The position numbers were made by a program, and so were the translations under genes. From a virus (lineage: Duplodnaviria; Caudoviricetes), in IMG/VR virus record IMGVR_UViG_3300032270_000633, positions 1 through 34,396 of that record: a DNA stretch of 34,396 nt; one strand, 5' to 3'. Under the pieces are notes generated by a model that did no database searches, was not told where the DNA came from, and saw only the letters and a list, made by a program, of their open reading frames with translations. This document shows, piece after piece, positions 33,559 through 34,396 of this stretch. The stretch's first letter is position 1, and every line of letters begins with the position of its first letter.

Positions 33559-34396
33559 GTTATTTAATCGGGGTTCAATACGCCCAAGATGTAGTTAAAG
33601 GCAATATTGAAGTTTGCAATAATATAAAATTAGCATGCCAGCGCTTCCTAAACTTTATGGAAGATAAACATTGGGAATATGAGTTTTTTCCTGAATATGT
33701 TGAGCATGTATTAGATTTTGTATCGCTCTTAAAACACACTAAAGGTCCTGATGCTGGCAAGCCAATAATTCTTGAGCCTTTCCAAGTTTTACTTATTTGT
33801 GGCATCTATGGATTCCGTCACAAGAAAGACCATGAAAAAAGAATGACCACCGATGTCATTGTTTTTATTCCTCGCAAAGCTGGCAAATCAACTCTCACCG
33901 CAGTTATAGGTTTATATGAATTAGCATTTAATGAAGCAGGTGCGGAAGTATTTACACTTGCAACCAATCGCGAACAAGCCACTATTGTTTTTGATGCGGC
34001 TCGATCAATGGTTGAATCTATGCCTGATGAAATCAAAGCATGGTATCGAGTTTCTAAATACGAGATTGGAAAAGCTAATGACAGTCAAACAATGTTCCGC
34101 GCTTTATCTCGCGACAATAAAAAATCAGGTGACGGAAAGAATGCTTCATGCGCCATTATAGATGAAGCGGCTCAAATTGCTGATCGTAATAGTATAGAGG
34201 TTATATTTTCAGGCATGGTTGCCCGAAAGAATCCATTAAGAATTTATATTACTACTGCATCATTTACTAAAGACACAAAGTTTTTTGAAGATTTAACCGC
34301 ATTTGAAACAATGCTGAATGGCGATGCAATTGATAATGCTCATTGGTTTGGTTTGCTATACGGACTTGATCCGCAAGATAATTGGAAAGATGAAAC
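33555..34396 (+). CDS. terL: Terminase large subunit (N-terminal ATPase, 3'-truncated; not in ORF track)
   Basis: MSYLIGVQYAQDVVKG...; adenine-binding LEPFQ, Walker A PRKAGKST, Walker B AIIDE, coupling ITTA; ATGA overlap with terS. Confidence 0.95.
   Translation, partial: MSYLIGVQYAQDVVKGNIEVCNNIKLACQRFLNFMEDKHWEYEFFPEYVEHVLDFVSLLKHTKGPDAGKPIILEPFQVLLICGIYGFRHKKDHEKRMTTDVIVFIPRKAGKSTLTAVIGLYELAFNEAGAEVFTLATNREQATIVFDAARSMVESMPDEIKAWYRVSKYEIGKANDSQTMFRALSRDNKKSGDGKNASCAIIDEAAQIADRNSIEVIFSGMVARKNPLRIYITTASFTKDTKFFEDLTAFETMLNGDAIDNAHWFGLLYGLDPQDNWKDE

Noticed and set aside
33575-34161. Track ORFs 33575, 33818 and 33931
   Set aside because: They are shadows of terL (33555 to the window end), which the track missed because it has no stop inside the window.
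1-34396. tRNA genes or stop-codon reassignment
   Set aside because: No cloverleaf was seen in the short intergenic gaps, and genes tile densely under the standard code with all three stops in use.

Overview
This window is almost the whole genome of an AT-rich siphovirus with an HK97-type head. It opens inside the major capsid gene and ends inside the large terminase, so only terL C-terminus, portal, protease and capsid N-terminus seem to be missing. Order: two tandem HK97-fold capsid paralogues; head-tail and tail genes; tape measure; tail tip; a Gly-rich fibre; an AT-rich island of 2OG-Fe(II) oxygenases plus a NodU/CmcH O-carbamoyltransferase; a chain of fibre genes; a leftward early operon (ERF recombinase, YqaJ exonuclease, SSB-like); a rightward replication/nin-like region whose initiator carries iterons; lysis genes; terminase. 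No integrase, repressor, tRNA or CRISPR was seen. Highlights: (1) a 23-aa PqqA (PQQ precursor) missed by the ORF track, pointing to a methylotroph host; (2) a hydroxylase/carbamoyltransferase cassette among fibre genes, a candidate virion-tailoring system; (3) apparent avoidance of GTAC and GCWGC; (4) a terminator-separated capsid paralogue; (5) repeated DGGxF C-termini paired with a conserved N-terminus in consecutive fibres. All family calls come from motif recognition by eye, not database searches.
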